Source: Raillietiella orientalis
Taxonomy: Eukaryota
NCBI GenBank assembly: GCA_036172245.1
Contig: JAYWIR010000048.1
Location: 682,001 to 746,000, forward strand
DNA length: 64,000 nucleotides
Direction: 5' to 3'
Below are positions 23,690 to 36,468 of the stretch, one piece after another; the first letter of the stretch is position 1, and every line of letters begins with the position of its first letter. The notes beneath the pieces are model-generated. The model saw only the letters and a list, made by a program, of their open reading frames with translations. It was not told where the DNA came from and ran no database searches. The position numbers and the translations under genes are program-made.

Positions 23690-26600
23690 TTCATCGAAGA
23701 ATACGCTCCACGTGGGACAAGCGGACTGCAAACATTGGCTCCCTGGCGGTTGCCGATCTCGAAAAACACTGCATGGATCAATCGTCAATGCCCGGGTGTC
23801 CAACGGGATTTCCTGCACCTCTCCCTGGCCCCACCGCTTTCCCGTCGGGATTATCTCGTTCAAAAAGGTCGTCGCCACCCACAGCATTTTTTTTGTTCTT
23901 GTTGTCGTCGGTTCATCCAGAAGACGCCAACCCCCAAAGATAATAGGCGCTCCCGCTCCTAGAGCTTCGAAAGTATTCAGGACTGAAACCACGTCAAGGC
24001 CGGTTGTGGAAAATGCGGGACCCCAAACCACAGGGCACATCGAAGAGCGGAGCTCCCAAATCTTCACATCTGCTGCTTTCATAGCAGAGAGAGTCTGTTT
24101 GCTTCTCCCACGAAGTGATGTGAAGCCGTCTGTGCGAAGTGGCGAACCGGCGTTCTGCAGGATGGAAATGGGTGCGAGTCCGGAAGGATCCGTGCAACAG
24201 CTCTGACGGACACTCTTTGGGGATGGAGGAGAACTGATGCTGCTGAAGATTCGCTCGGAGCCAATTATGCGTGCATGACGGCCAGACGGGAAATTCGGAA
24301 CAAAGTCATGAGGTCATTGATGCTGGTGGAAACCGCGTCATCAGCGTAAACCAGCTCGTAAATCTTGTAGTGTGCAAAAACGTTGTTCAAAAACTCGGCA
24401 GCCGTTGCTTTTCAAAGATCCTCAAAGATGTTTGATCAAAGTTGAGATCACGATAGCATTCTTGTGCTTGTCAAGGCACGTCGAAAATTAAAATGCATTC
24501 GGGGGGTAGGACCGAAAATTCTAGAAAGGGCAACTTTTGTAAGGGAGCAACTTTTTCAGGAACATGAAGAAATCCAGAGAATTCGCCGTGAAAGGAAAGC
24601 AAAGAAGAAATGAAAATCCCTCTCAGGAATGCCAGCATCGAATTATAGGGTTCAGCTGGCTCGGATTTGCTCTTTCGAAGATGCAGTTTCGCATTCTTTC
24701 ATTCTCCTCTGAGAGCAAAACCTTTCATTTGCCGAAAGAATGAATTATTCCCCACATCTATTAAAAATTTAGCAGCCCTAATAAATTGAAAAGGCCCTGA
24801 TGGATCACTGCGGGGACTGCAAGGTTCCATCTTTCGGTCAAACTGCTAACTGTCTGAGAGGAAGCTGGAAACCATGCATCCTCAGAAAACTCTGTGCAGA
24901 TGATCGCAGCTTTCCAAAAAAAAAAAAAACCTTTTGGTGAGCTTCGCGAATTTTTTTTCTTGCAAATCAGAAGAGGCATGAAAGGAAATGCAATGGAAAC
25001 GCCTGAAAGGACGCTGCATCCCGTCCTTCACAAAATTCAAATCATCCCTAACTCTCTCATCGCAACTTGAGTTAGGCGTATGTTTCGTGGATGCTGGATA
25101 CAGACCCCATCTACCCGAGATTCATCAGTTTGCTTTCCCCGATGTGAGACACGGGGTGCGCTCGGAATTCTTCTACGGAAACTTCTCGGGAGATTCCGAA
25201 ATTCTCTCCGTTGGCTTCTTGCTGAATTTTCCATGACTACGTTCCTTTGCCGGTTCGTGGGGGCGAGCGGGAGGGGAGAGGAAGGGAACAACGTAGGTAT
25301 AGGTCTGCGATTTATCCATAACGAATACAGTCGCCAGCTCGATTGCCCTTACTGTTCACGCTGAAAATCTTGGAAGGAAAACCCCAAGGATGTGCAGTTG
25401 CTACGAACTTCCTTCGTCTCCCAGCTACAGGTGGGATTCGATCTATAAGATAAGCGCAGCACTTACAGATCTGGCGATCTTGGAGATTGGATTCGTAGGG
25501 TCGGTCGGTTGAGTCAGCTTCCTGCCTGAATCCAAGCATCTCCTCAGTTTCCCTCGAATTTCGTGCGCATCTCTGAAACTTCTGATACGTCGATTGCTTT
25601 TCTAAAAAATGAAAGTAAAACGAGTCATGATTTCTGGGCGCCGGAGAAGCGCTGAAGTACGTTGATGATCCCAAGGAAATAAAATGCGGTTTTCTTCTTT
25701 CTTTTTTTTTTTTGCCTATTGAAGCCATTTTCCTCTTACTCTAAATTCTGTGGTTCAGGCTGCAATGAGTACGGATTAAGACGCATCGTTGCTCCAAAGA
25801 CCGTTGGCTATCCGGCTGAAAGCACAGTTAGTTCTTCACCGAGAAACTTCCCAGCAGGCTGTGGATTGAGCTACAAACTCGCTGGTACCAGATCCCTGAA
25901 AACTGTGGCCTCCACGACCACCAACGAGCAAGGCATTTTTCTGCTAGCTCGGGGCCGTCTTGGCAAACTTCCGAAGTTCTTTGGTTCAGGGGGAACATCC
26001 TGCTGCTGCCCTTCGTTTGCTGCTTTGGGTTTCTCGTGCTCTCCTTGGGACTCCAACGAAGCACACGTAGAATTTTCAGCATGTGAAAATCTTTTTCTTC
26101 CCATCTTCGTCATCGGCGAACACATCTTCATCACAGCCGCCATCATTTCCAAAATCTCCAATCTTCAAAATGGCTTCTGGAATTTGCATGATCCCATTAA
26201 AATGCATGGAAGGATTCTCCTCTGCCTGATTGCAAAAATAAATCAACTCTCCCATCTCTGGGACAGACCGATTCTCGCTGCAAATCTTTGGCTCCTGCAG
26301 CGCTCTACGTAGGAACATTCGTTCAGAGGTGTTCTTCGAGCGCCTGCAAATACGAAGAGCAGCATTTGCTCGAAACCCGGAGGCACTTGCGCGGACAGAT
26401 CCGGGATCGCCCGGCATTCTTCGGATGGAGCGCCAACAGGAAACGAGGAGCCACATGGAACTTGGTCTATCCCCCACGACCAAGCAAGCCTACGGTTCCT
26501 TACTGTGCGAACGCGAGTGCAATGAGTAGGCTTCCCATTTCGATCTTCAGCACGCAGAACCAGGGAATACTGGAGAGCTCAGAGAATCAGAGAGCTTTAT

Positions 26601-27500
26601 CCTGGAGCCAGCTTCCTTGAAAAAGGAAGCTCCGCCTCCAAGCCTACGGAATTTTCGGCTCACGGCTCCATTGTGGTGCCCCGTTAATCGAGATCTGCTC
26701 GACGATCCATTACAATTTTATTTCCATTCTTCCGTTAGTGGTCGAGCCAAACAAAAAAGCAAGAGAAACCGATGCGATTCCTTTAACTTGGCAGAGGGAG
26801 TGGGATCATTCCAACGGAATTACTTTTCCTTCACTACATTGCCTGCATGGCAATGCGGTGAAGAGAAAGAAAGAAATTCCTCCCCCAAAAAAGATAGTTT
26901 CCACATCTTGAGCAATGGTCGCATCATCTAAACCATAGTGAAAGCGGCGAGCTCTGTACCGTTCTCAGCCCGCCAGTAAATGGAAATCTGCTCCACACAG
27001 AAAGAGTTCCCCTGCTCACCGAGCGCCACCAGGGAAAGTTGGGTCCCTCGTTGACTTCCCCCTCAATCACATGGAAGCTCCTACCAAAACAGTCTGATGA
27101 CACAGTGAGCTGACATTAACAGACTGAATACTCAGAAACAACACACTGACTAAGAACCGTCGATTTTATAGCGACCGCAACAGCAGTCGCAGAGGCGGTC
27201 GATGCAGGAACTTTGGCAGCTTGGCATCCAGGAAAGGCACGTAGGCGGGTGTGGCCTTCCAGAGATCCGCACCGCAGACAATTGATGTGGTGCAATTCGT
27301 AAAAGATTCACGTTCGTAAAAGACTGTGGTTTAGAATACCAGTAAAGAGAGTAGGCTACCACCTCCATATGGATGCTGTAACCGTCTTCCGTGACCTCAG
27401 CAATAGAAAAGGCTGCCTGGGTGCTAAGTGCTACTGGTGGAAAAGCAGCGCACGCTCCAAAGAGCGGATCTGCTGGACTTTGGCTGCCCGGAGTGCTGTT
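23690..27500 (-). mobile_element. Near full-length but heavily decayed RTE-clade LINE
   Basis: On the minus strand, in order: RTE-like leader (GGGCAGCC...CTAGCACCC..AGGCAGCC-like; GCATCGACCGC...TGCGGTCG hairpin), endonuclease traces ('LGEQGNSF'), 'KGNRAGDC' (KGDRSDC), 'KIYELVYADDAV' (~24365-24330), and 'NEIIPTGKRWGQG' (resembles GELxxGKRxxG). The ~3.8 kb span fits RTE. Confidence 0.65.
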
Positions 27501-28179
27501 GTGAGTATCCGTCTGTACTCGCGTGGGTCTGTACTCTACTGTACTCTCGTTTTTTGTTTCTTCTGTTCTCCACTGTGAAAACGAGTATTGGCCGAACGCG
27601 AAGACATGAGTCGCGCGCACTCTTTGCCGGTGAACAGGAGTTCCCGGCACGGAATGCAACCAGTTGCTTAGCGATGCAGTGAACTCTCCTTCCTGGTGAT
27701 TAACACATTTGTTTGTTTTCTTTGTTTGCTTTCTCAGCTGGAGGTGGGACGCTTCTGCGCGCTGGATGAAGTTCATGATGCTCCAAGACCGCGCGTCGAT
27801 TCCAACAGGCACCGGGAGCGTCCGCCGCTTGCTACATCGAATGCTGTGATTGGTTCTGAGATTCTGAGCATGTGAAGTTTCGCCGTGCTCCGAATGTCTC
27901 AGGAAGCGAGCAAAATGTTCGCCCGGTGGACTCGTGACGGATTTGTCTCAGGAAGCGAGCACGAACGACCGTCTTTTCATCTTGCCGAGCGGCGGAAATT
28001 CATCTGGGGATCAAATGTCTTCCCGGAATCGGCAACCAAGCAACACAACCCACGTCCAACTTGTTTCCCGTGAATAAGGATGCGAGTCCGAAATGCCTGC
28101 ATCCTCCCTTCTCCCGTAAATTCACCTCGCCTTCTGCATGCTGATCAGCGCGAAGAACGGTCATCCCAGAATGTTCGTT

Positions 28180-28790
28180 CCTTATGTGTGACGTTTCCGT
28201 ACTCTTGTCGTCGCTAGGAAACGGTCGATGGATCTCGCGTGGCCGGTGCGCTGGCGCGTGCGCGATGCGCTGAGGATGGGCCGAGTGAGCTCGACACGAA
28301 AGGTGTGCTCTCGACACCAATCAGGCGCACCAAGGTGGACGCTGCCTTGCCGAAACAAAGAGGAGCGCCACAATGGTGCTTCAATCATGCAATAAACATT
28401 TCCTTAGAGAGGCACTGCATGCGCATGAAAGCTGTCTTCCAGAGGCTGCTCCCTGCGCTCGACTGCGCTCCACTCCTGTAGGAGGCTGAGGGAATGAAGG
28501 ACTGCCGACCTCTGTAGATGGAACCCCATCTCCTGCTCCCACACTGGAAAGTGATGAATGGCTTCCCTCTTCTATTACTTAGCAGCAGCTCCCCAATTCA
28601 CGAGAAGACACTCGGAAAGAACTCGGAAGAGAACGTTCCGTGGTGCCCGGCGTTCCACTTTCGTGCATTTCTCCGGAAAGTGTGCCCCGTGGTAGGTGGC
28701 TCTTGTCGAGGTTTCCCCTTGCTCAAGGTCGGACCGTCGAAAGCTCACCTTTCCGTGGTCCGATTCGGCGTCTATCGGGATTCCGAGCCC
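28180..28790 (-). mobile_element. Decayed Tx1-like RT thumb fragment
   Basis: 'KRGLGIPID', 'KWNA', 'AIHHF', 'IYRGRQS' in the order expected after the KYLG motif. Confidence 0.35.
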
Positions 28791-28809
28791 TCGTTTCTCA
28801 AGTGCCCGC

Positions 28810-29552
28810 GCTAGCGGCCTTGCGGCCGCGGTCCCCGCGCGCGGCGCGTAACGAGCGTCGCGGGTTCGAATCGTACCCGGGGGAAAGACGGAAGTGGGGA
28901 AATGGGTGCGTCGTGGATTTCCGGTACAATCTTCCAGTTCATTGGACTCGAAATCCAGTCACCCTTCCGCCCCCCTTCCTTCCCGCGAGAAGACTCTGGT
29001 TGGCCTATTCGGGTGAGACACTGGTGGAAGCCGGGAACCGAGTGCCGCCGTTGACTGGTCGTGGTTAGTCCTTCCAGCAATCAAGGAGCCGGTTCCCTTC
29101 GGAGTTCCCCGCCGGTTATGAAAATGGAGCCCCCACCCTCCCTCTCAGAAAGAGACCCTTCATCGCATTTTATGGGGCTGGTTGATGCCCTTGTCGAGGT
29201 TTGCTTTTCCAGAGTATCAGAAGCGCGCCCTTCAGTAAAATTGGGAAGCCTCCCCTCGAGGATCCCTTCAGAGGAGCAAGCAAGCAGCGGATCCTTTCTG
29301 AAGGGTCCCTCCGGAGAGAATAAGGAAGAAATTCCCTTTAAGAACAACCAACGCGAAGATTCCCTCCCAAGAGTAAGAGGAACAAACTCCTTCCTCCAGA
29401 GCATTCCTGGATTCATAGGGCAGTCCTTCGACGGGGTGCTCTCTAGCTTGAAGAGTTGACGCGCGTCCTCGGGTGGCGTAGGACAGCGTCAAAGAGCTTA
29501 TCAAGCCCGTAGGCGAACTTCAGTACTCTGCGAATTTAAAAAAAAAAAAAAA
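28810..29552 (+). mobile_element. Long tRNA-derived SINE-like element, copy 4 (most complete, with poly-A tail)
   Basis: A-box-like TAGCGGCCTTGCGG; B-box GGTTCGAATCG (~28863); uninterrupted CACTGGT site; palindromic body; shared 3' block; A-run at ~29538-29552. Confidence 0.75.
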
Positions 29553-29609
29553 GTGGAAAGCTGGTAGGAAAGTATCGAAACAGAAGAACCTAAGGGGATT
29601 TCCATCGTC

Positions 29610-30890
29610 CATCATCTTGGGATGGAGCGTCAGCTCCAACTCAGAAGATCCCTAGCGCGCACCAGCACGGCTTCTCGCGAAGAACGCAACCGTAGCAAAA
29701 GCCTGGTCCGACCATCTCCAAAAGGTAGAGATGGCGCTCGGCTCGCTTTACTCTCCGCAAAGGGCCGCTGTATGGAACTCGTTCAATACTCTTCTCCTCC
29801 GCTGCCTGCTTTTCGTTTACGCTGCCCCAACTGAGGTCAAGAGGAACACCGAGGACTTCCTGAGAAAAGCCCTGCGGAGCACAGGAAGGTCCAGAGTCAG
29901 ACTCAAAGACTTGTGTGCTCCGTGTAAGGACGATGAACTGGGGTTCCTTATGGTGGAGAGGATGGAGCGTCAGCTCCCATTGAGAAGACTCACCCACGCG
30001 GCGAGATGATGGACAACGCCCTGATACACACCATTCCGCCTCCCCGTGAAGAGCTCAACCGGCCGTGAGGGATTCGCATCCCTCCTCGTCGCTCGCGAGA
30101 GATTGCTGGGGAGTTGAGGACAGCAACTCCTCCAGATGGTTGCCCTGGTGAAGGAGAGCGTCTGGATCTCCTGCCTCCCCTAGAACTGCACCGTTTGGCT
30201 TCAGGAGTGTGTCTTTGCGTGGGGAATGATCCCACGGCGTGGGCAAGGCGGAGTGCGCTTACCTGCAGCGAGGCGTCAACACTCGCAAGTCCTTGGAGGA
30301 GACCGTCTGCAGCCTGCAGAAGATGCAATGGGTCTTGTCTACCCCCCTTGCCCCAGTGCTGTCCTCTTTAAGGGAAGCATCAGCGTAATCCTGGAAAGGT
30401 GCAAAGTGACGTGCTGCATTGCAGTAAGGAAGAAAGTATTGGTGCGTGGACAACTCGAGACGTGACGAACGCTGTGACCCCGAATGTCCCACGCCACGGG
30501 CTTATCGCTGGGGAGAGCTGCTTGGCATCCCTCTGGAAGAAGTGAAGTGGCCCCCAGCGTGCTGGAATAGAGGTGACCTCTCCCTCAAGTGTCAGGAATC
30601 ACGTTGCTGGTGTTACACTGTGGAATCCTGTGCAAAGAGCGCCTTCACCACTGGATAAGGGGAGTGTGGCGCTCAGAGCGCGACAGGTGCGGGAAGAAGA
30701 AAGCCCTCCCCAACCTGCTGTTTTCTTTTATTTTGTTTTCGTTCCTTCTTCATCCTCGCTGCCGAAGCGGACCTCGCCGGTCTGAGGGCCACTCTTCGGC
30801 AGGTTCATCGAGAGTGGTTGAACCAAGAGTTCCACTACACCAATGTATTTTTATTCGTTTATGTAGTAGATGTCCGGGGATAACCAGGTG
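29610..30890 (+). mobile_element. Tx1-like LINE fragments (RT thumb, CCHC region, 3' UTR)
   Basis: 'QRAAVWNSF..FLRKALRSTGRSRVRLKDLCAPCKDDELGFLMVERMERQL' and 'WGELLGIPLEEVKWPPACW'; UTR and terminal 'ccggggataaccaggtg'. Homologous to 45460-46889. Confidence 0.85.
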
Positions 30891-31089
30891 ATTATCATAC
30901 TGTATCATGGATCCTGAGGAAACATGATTTGCATAGCAGCGATCTTCTCGTGACGTCGCCACTGGGCATATAAAAAAGTCTTCTTCCTAAGGTTGTGTAC
31001 AGTGCTTTCCTCCGGCTTTGCACCGTTCTAGTAGGGACCTTTTTCTTCCAGCACGTGAATGCCATCGGCATTAGCTTTTGGCAAACTTC

Positions 31090-31900
31090 AACCATCAACC
31101 CCAACTAGCAGTGTATAAGTAGCACCAACGCATGCCTGAGATCAATTTGCCGGACATATTTAAGATCGATAATTTCCTCTGCGATATGCCCTCTGGAAGC
31201 AGGAAAGCGCTTCCTTCCCTGTGTAGGAAGCTTCCAAGAATCCTAATTTGATGGAGTAGGCAAATCGGGGTTTTCTTTCTTTCGCATCTCCATTCAAGCA
31301 TTGCAAGGAAATACCAGCTGCCATTATCGCTGAAATGCTCGTCGGAAAATAAGGGAATTCCAGCCATTCTATATTAGATGCCATAAAATTTCGACAGAAC
31401 TCAATCCAAAGCCTTCTTCCCAGTACCGGCACCATTCACGATGTCAACTGAAAACGGATAACAAGAAAAATCCCAAAGTCATCACGAAAGAAGATTACCA
31501 TGCCCTTCTCGAACACGCTCGCCTTGCTGGATGAACATCGAAGCTCCTTTAAAGACCTCGGGATCCAAAACGATCGCAAGAGCTCATTCAAAAAGTGGAA
31601 AATTCAGTGAGGAAAAGTTCTAAAATATCAAGTGGTAGCGACACGAGCTGCTTGCTTGAGTTGCAGGAACACGGTTTCTCCAGCTAAAGTAGACAACAGA
31701 CTAATAAATCTTCCCATTCACTTCCTGGGAAGACTGCCTACCCAATTCTGATAAGTCCCGTTATGTAAGGAAATCCGTATCTCGATCGCGTTTCAACTAT
31801 GTACGAACAGACATGGGTAGCTTCTGTTTCGACAAGGCGCCATCATGAATATCTGGCTAGAGAGTCGGAAGATTTGCTGCTAGGACGCGGAGTAACGAAA
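31090..31900 (-). pseudogene. Possible leucine-rich-repeat protein pseudogene
   Basis: Scattered LRR-like pieces 'LSELG/AVFPG', 'FRTFPH*IFHFLNEL', 'SLKELRCSSSK', 'LLPEG..KLSILNMSGKLIS'. Multiple stops and frameshifts. Confidence 0.3.
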
Positions 31901-32155
31901 ATAGGGACTCTCTCTTGAAGCACATTTAACTTCGATGTTTATTATTTTGATTATAAAAATATACAATTTAATTCAGTATGAATTTATTATCACGTTCTAT
32001 TTTGCAATATAAATATAGGTATGGATTAAGTGACCACTAATTAATTATTTTATTCCTGGTATTTAATATGATATTTATGATAATATATCGAAAGTTCTGG
32101 AATAATGGGAAATTCCTTTAGAAAATTGAAAACTCCAAGTGCTTCGATTGAACAA

Positions 32156-32303
32156 CAAAGTACCCATAAACAAAGAGCATCAGCCACGGTTCCCTTACCA
32201 TTTCCAAGATCCTCATTCTTCATCCTGAGGACATCAAGAACTCGAAACAACCCAACAGCCAAAGTACCCATAAACAAAGAGCATCAGCCATGTTCCCTTA
32301 CCA
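32156..32303 (+). repeat. ~45-bp near-identical direct repeat pair
   Basis: caaagtacccataaacaaagagcatcagcca(cg/t)gttcccttacca at 32156-32200 and 32260-32303. Confidence 0.9.
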
Positions 32304-32869
32304 ATCTATGTTATGGCGAGGCCATTTCCATCAAAGTAATTTTTTTTTAAATATGTCATAGTTAAAGGGGTGAGTAAGTTCTATTCTTGAAACTATCGAT
32401 CATGCATAAACATCTCGGGACTTATATGAAAATCAATCACAGCATTTTGTTTGCAACAATAAAGAGTAGTTCTTGAGAATTATGAATGAATTGTTGAAAT
32501 TGATTGTTAAAGTCGATTGTTGGACTACCATTTATTGATTGTCCTCCATCATAACAATGAATAGGTGATAATTGTCAATCTTCATTCGAAATGTATTTTT
32601 TTTTTTTTTTTTGGCAACAAACACCGATAAAATTAAATTCGGGCCATTTGATTCTATGCAGCGAGGCCGAGAGCTTTCGGTCGATTCGATTTCATTCAAA
32701 GCTTTATCACATCAAACTCATGAAAACAGATAGAAAACGAAACATACGGAAGCTTTTGATCACAAGGAAACATAGTTTGATAATAATCTCACTGATTTTA
32801 AAAGAAGTGCTTTCAGGATCAGTCATACTTGGTGATTCTCCTTCTTAGAGAGCGACGTTGCTAGCAGCT

Positions 32870-34020
32870 ATATTAATCCCATCAAGGAGACAAACTGCGA
32901 TCTACATAAAGGAAGAATTTTAAACGAAATTGCGATTGTCCATCCATACTTGTCCAGCATAATGAACCCACCATGCAAACAGCTGCTGATGTCATTCCAT
33001 TCGGTGTGAACCTGTAGAAAATGTGCAAGTGCGGTCCAGGCGACGTCTCGTCGTCCGATCGGACCCACAGAGGAGCTTGAAGCTTGAAGACGTTCAACTT
33101 GCTTTTCCCGGTGAGAGCGTCTTCGCCAGGTGGTAGCCTTCAGCTTGTTGGTCCCGCACAGGATCAAACTGCATGCCTTCCGTCAGTGATTTCGTACTCT
33201 CTCGTCCCGCGGACTGTCACGGATTGCAGCAGGCTCCAGTGATTCACGTGTAGAGGGAAGTCAGGAGCATCACTGCCGTGAAGATTAATTAAGGTGGGAG
33301 ACAATGCAGTGCTCCAGATGCTGTTTCCCGAACTCCATATGTAAACTCCACGTTACGCATGCACGATTTATTGTTATTTGAAATCGTCTCAGATTTGAAA
33401 ACTCTAAAAATCGGATTCCGAATTCGCAAGAGCTCCCCTTTCTGTCTGGAAATGAATGCAGCGACACGAAACGATCCATATGCGTTAGTTTCGCAGATTG
33501 CAGTCATGGTTACGAAGAAGCTCCATCTCATTGTTGCTCTTGCTTTCATTATTCATGTAAATGAATAATGAAAGCAGAGGAACAAGGAAACAAATAGGAC
33601 AGAGCAGGGAATTTACTATAAGAAATGGAAGATGATTTATGGCAGTTGCGTTCATGCTCCTGGAGTTCAGGGTCATCAGCACGGAACTCCCCGGCAGCAT
33701 TTGGAATATCGATGCATATTGAATTATGGGCCGAAAATATCAAATTCGGGAGATCCCGAAAATAATTCCGGGTCCTCCCTAATGCCATCCCCGCAGCACT
33801 AATCACAGAGACTAAAAGTTCGCGCACAGTCCGGGAGTCACTGAGTGGATGAAATCCGAAAAAAAAGAACGCTTTCTGCTGCTACTGAACGCACGAACAG
33901 TGCACAGCTAAGGACAGATAAGGAAATGCATTGAATTTTAATAGAGTGAGTCAGAACCAAGGGACACTTTTGTGTTATTTCATGCAAAACAGAACTCTTG
34001 GAACACGGAAGATGCTTCAC
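32870..34020 (-). pseudogene. Gustatory receptor (7tm_7-like) pseudogene, apparently intronless
   Basis: Ordered hydrophobic segments 'ISLSVLSCALFV', 'LLVSVISAAGMAL..RNYF', 'LIVNSLLCPICFLVPLLSLFI', 'SFFVTMTAIC'; 'KQHLEHCIVSHLN/IFTAVMLLTSLY' (resembles RxxHxxLxxxVxxLNxxFxxxLL); C-terminal 'LAHFL..LHGGFIMLDK..TIAISF..SQF'. Broken by frameshifts. Confidence 0.55.
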
Positions 34021-34339
34021 AGCGGATCGCCATGGGTTTCAAAGGTTGGATTGCGCTCCATCCTCCAAGCAAACAAGTCAGAGCATTAAAAAATATAGAA
34101 CTCATTTTGGAGATCATTTTGCTAGGAAACGAGCAATCGCTCGCATTCTTTCGGGTTTCCTCCTCTTGGATCTTTACCCTGAGGTACAACCCCGTTTCTG
34201 TACTTTTCTAAAACAACCGTGGTATCCTTTCTTGAGCGTTGGAGCTATTTTTTCTTACTTGAAACCTACAGTACATCTGCAGCATATGATGCACTGATGC
34301 ACAATGCCATCTGACCCGGAAGGAAACGAAATCGGTACT

Positions 34340-34700
34340 CTGGGATCATTTCCGAGGGACTCCGTTGCTTGGAAGGAAAGACGAGGGTTCTTGGATTTCA
34401 AGTTCTTCCAGGATCTTGGCCAGACGAAATCTCAGAATTACAACCATTCCAAGTGATCGCATCTGCGTCGTGCTCTTCCAGAGAAGAGGACTCACTGGAC
34501 CTCGACGATGCAAAATTTCCTGCCCCATCAGCATCGTCAGAGGGAGTTCTTGCAGAACGAAGGGAGTCCGCGCACATCCGGAAACCTGCGCAGCCTCCTC
34601 CGGGAGAAGAATGGTTAGATGGAATGGGTTCCACAGTTACCTGAGGAAGGGTAGCAGTCCGTGAATCTTTCTCGAGTCTTCGACTTTATTAGTGGCCGCT
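34340..34700 (-). mobile_element. Decayed non-LTR RT N-terminal fragment
   Basis: 'SNHSSPGG' (resembles NKSPGPDG), then 'RGPVSPLL..RLAKIL..SSFLP' (RT domains 1-2). Confidence 0.3.
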
Positions 34701-35829
34701 CGCGACTGATGCCAGAAAGGTGGACATCGTCGGAAAGCAAGTAGTGAGGTACCTGCATACCACTGGAGGATTTCGGCTCGTGCCCAGTCTCCTTTCGAAG
34801 AGCGCCGACTCCCCTTGAGAACCGAGTGATGCTTGTAGGGAATCGAATCTGAACTCTCGCAAGCAACTCACTTCAACCGGATAAAGGGAACTTCGTAGAG
34901 GTGGGCAGGCCGCTCGCTGCCAAAGTGTAGGTGAGAGGTTCTGCTCACGGCCTTCCTGATAGCCCGCTCTTGAACCTACGGTCAAGGATGATTGAATTTC
35001 TTTCGAATTGGTGCTCCGATGGAAGCGAGCGCCATGCACGTCCATCCTGGAGACACGCAAATAGCAGACATGAGCCGAGCAGCAATGCAGAGTCTACGTC
35101 CCCTCTAAAATGGAAGCGGGAAGAGCCGGAAGAGACACCGAGAGGGCAGTTCCTGCGCTTTGGGAGCAGGTCGGCGGCAGAGCGAACTGACACACACAGC
35201 GGAAGCAGCCGGAGAGCGAAGGCGCCTGGAAGCGGCTGCTGTGAACTCGTAAAGTTCAAAGGTTAAAAGGCGGAACACATGAAGGACGAGGACCGCGTTC
35301 TCGGTGCGATGGGACCTTCGAGAGTTTTTCGTGCGGCATCATGCGGATAAATCGAAGCACGGAATTTTTCAGACTGCAATTAAGCCCACGTGATGAATTT
35401 GACGATTTGCTACAGCAACTCTGGATTCCTGCGCCCGTTCTGCCTGTTGTTTTCTCCGTCGGTGGAAAGTCGCCCCTCCCTAAATGTCGAGCCCCTAAAA
35501 AAAGCAAGAGTGCTCCTCCATTACGGCGCACGGAAGTTCGGAGTTCGTGATCTTCCGGCGAGTGGTTTTAGCGAAACTCCAGGGGGAAGTGCAAACTGAG
35601 GGCGTTTAGGGAATGGCGTCCTCGCACTCTCCCGTCGCACCATCCAACATGGAAAATAATTTAAATAGAGGAATTCGTAAACTGAGGATGAAGCAATTGG
35701 CTACTGGTCGCCGAGAAACTCCTTTCTTGCGCAGACGTCAGCCGGGACTGCACGCCGGGGGGCGAATTCCGCCGTCTGGAATTTCACAGACCTATGAACT
35801 GCAATTGGGATCTGCGTGAACCCGGACAC

Positions 35830-36468
35830 TCTGCTTCCGCCCCCCCTCCCCGGTTCGCTTCCACTGGACAAGGGGAGCTGTGGATCATGAGTGTGTCAGG
35901 TGCGGAGAGCGGGAATCGCTCTCCCACCTACTAGTTGACTGTGCTGCCCTCCGACCCCTTTGGGAACGGTTCGGGACGACCCTCGGGCTCCCTACGGGCA
36001 GTGAACCCAGAGACGTTCTCCGGCTCCTCTTCGTGCGGGACGCCCTGCAGCCAGCCACAGCCCTCGCAGCCCTGTGTTGCGTCCGAGGCATCGTGGCGGC
36101 CTGGAGCGACGTTAGCAGCGAAGATGTGGACGAAAACGAGAGGGACGTCATCCAGTATGCAGTACGCTTCTTGCGGATAGCTGCTCGATGGCCCCATCTG
36201 GGAAATATGCGGAGACCTCGAGGGCTTCCTTCGACGGATGGACCCTCCTCACAGCGTCCAGTGATCCCTACCCTGCCCTCCAAACTCTTTTTGTTTGTTT
36301 ATTTCTTTATTTTTCTTTTTGTTTTTCCCTCATCCCCTTTCGCTGTCGGGGAGTGCCACGCCGGGCTGCGTCCCGGTGTCCCGACAGGTCCTGTGTTTAC
36401 GGCCGTGGTGGGGCCTCGTACTACGCATGCAGAGTTTTTAAATAAACTCCCCGGGCGTACCCGGGTGA
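35830..36468 (+). mobile_element. Tx1-like LINE 3' fragment
   Basis: 'DHECVRCGERESLSHLLVDCAALRPLW' (CCHC), 'DVIQYAVRFLRIAARWPHL', T-rich UTR, AATAAA then CCCGGG-CGTA-CCCGGG-TG. Confidence 0.9.

Noticed and set aside
28810..28885. Functional tRNA genes at the GGTTCGAATC motifs
   Set aside because: No consistent cloverleaf or anticodon arm across copies, and each motif is followed by the same repeat body, so these are SINE heads.
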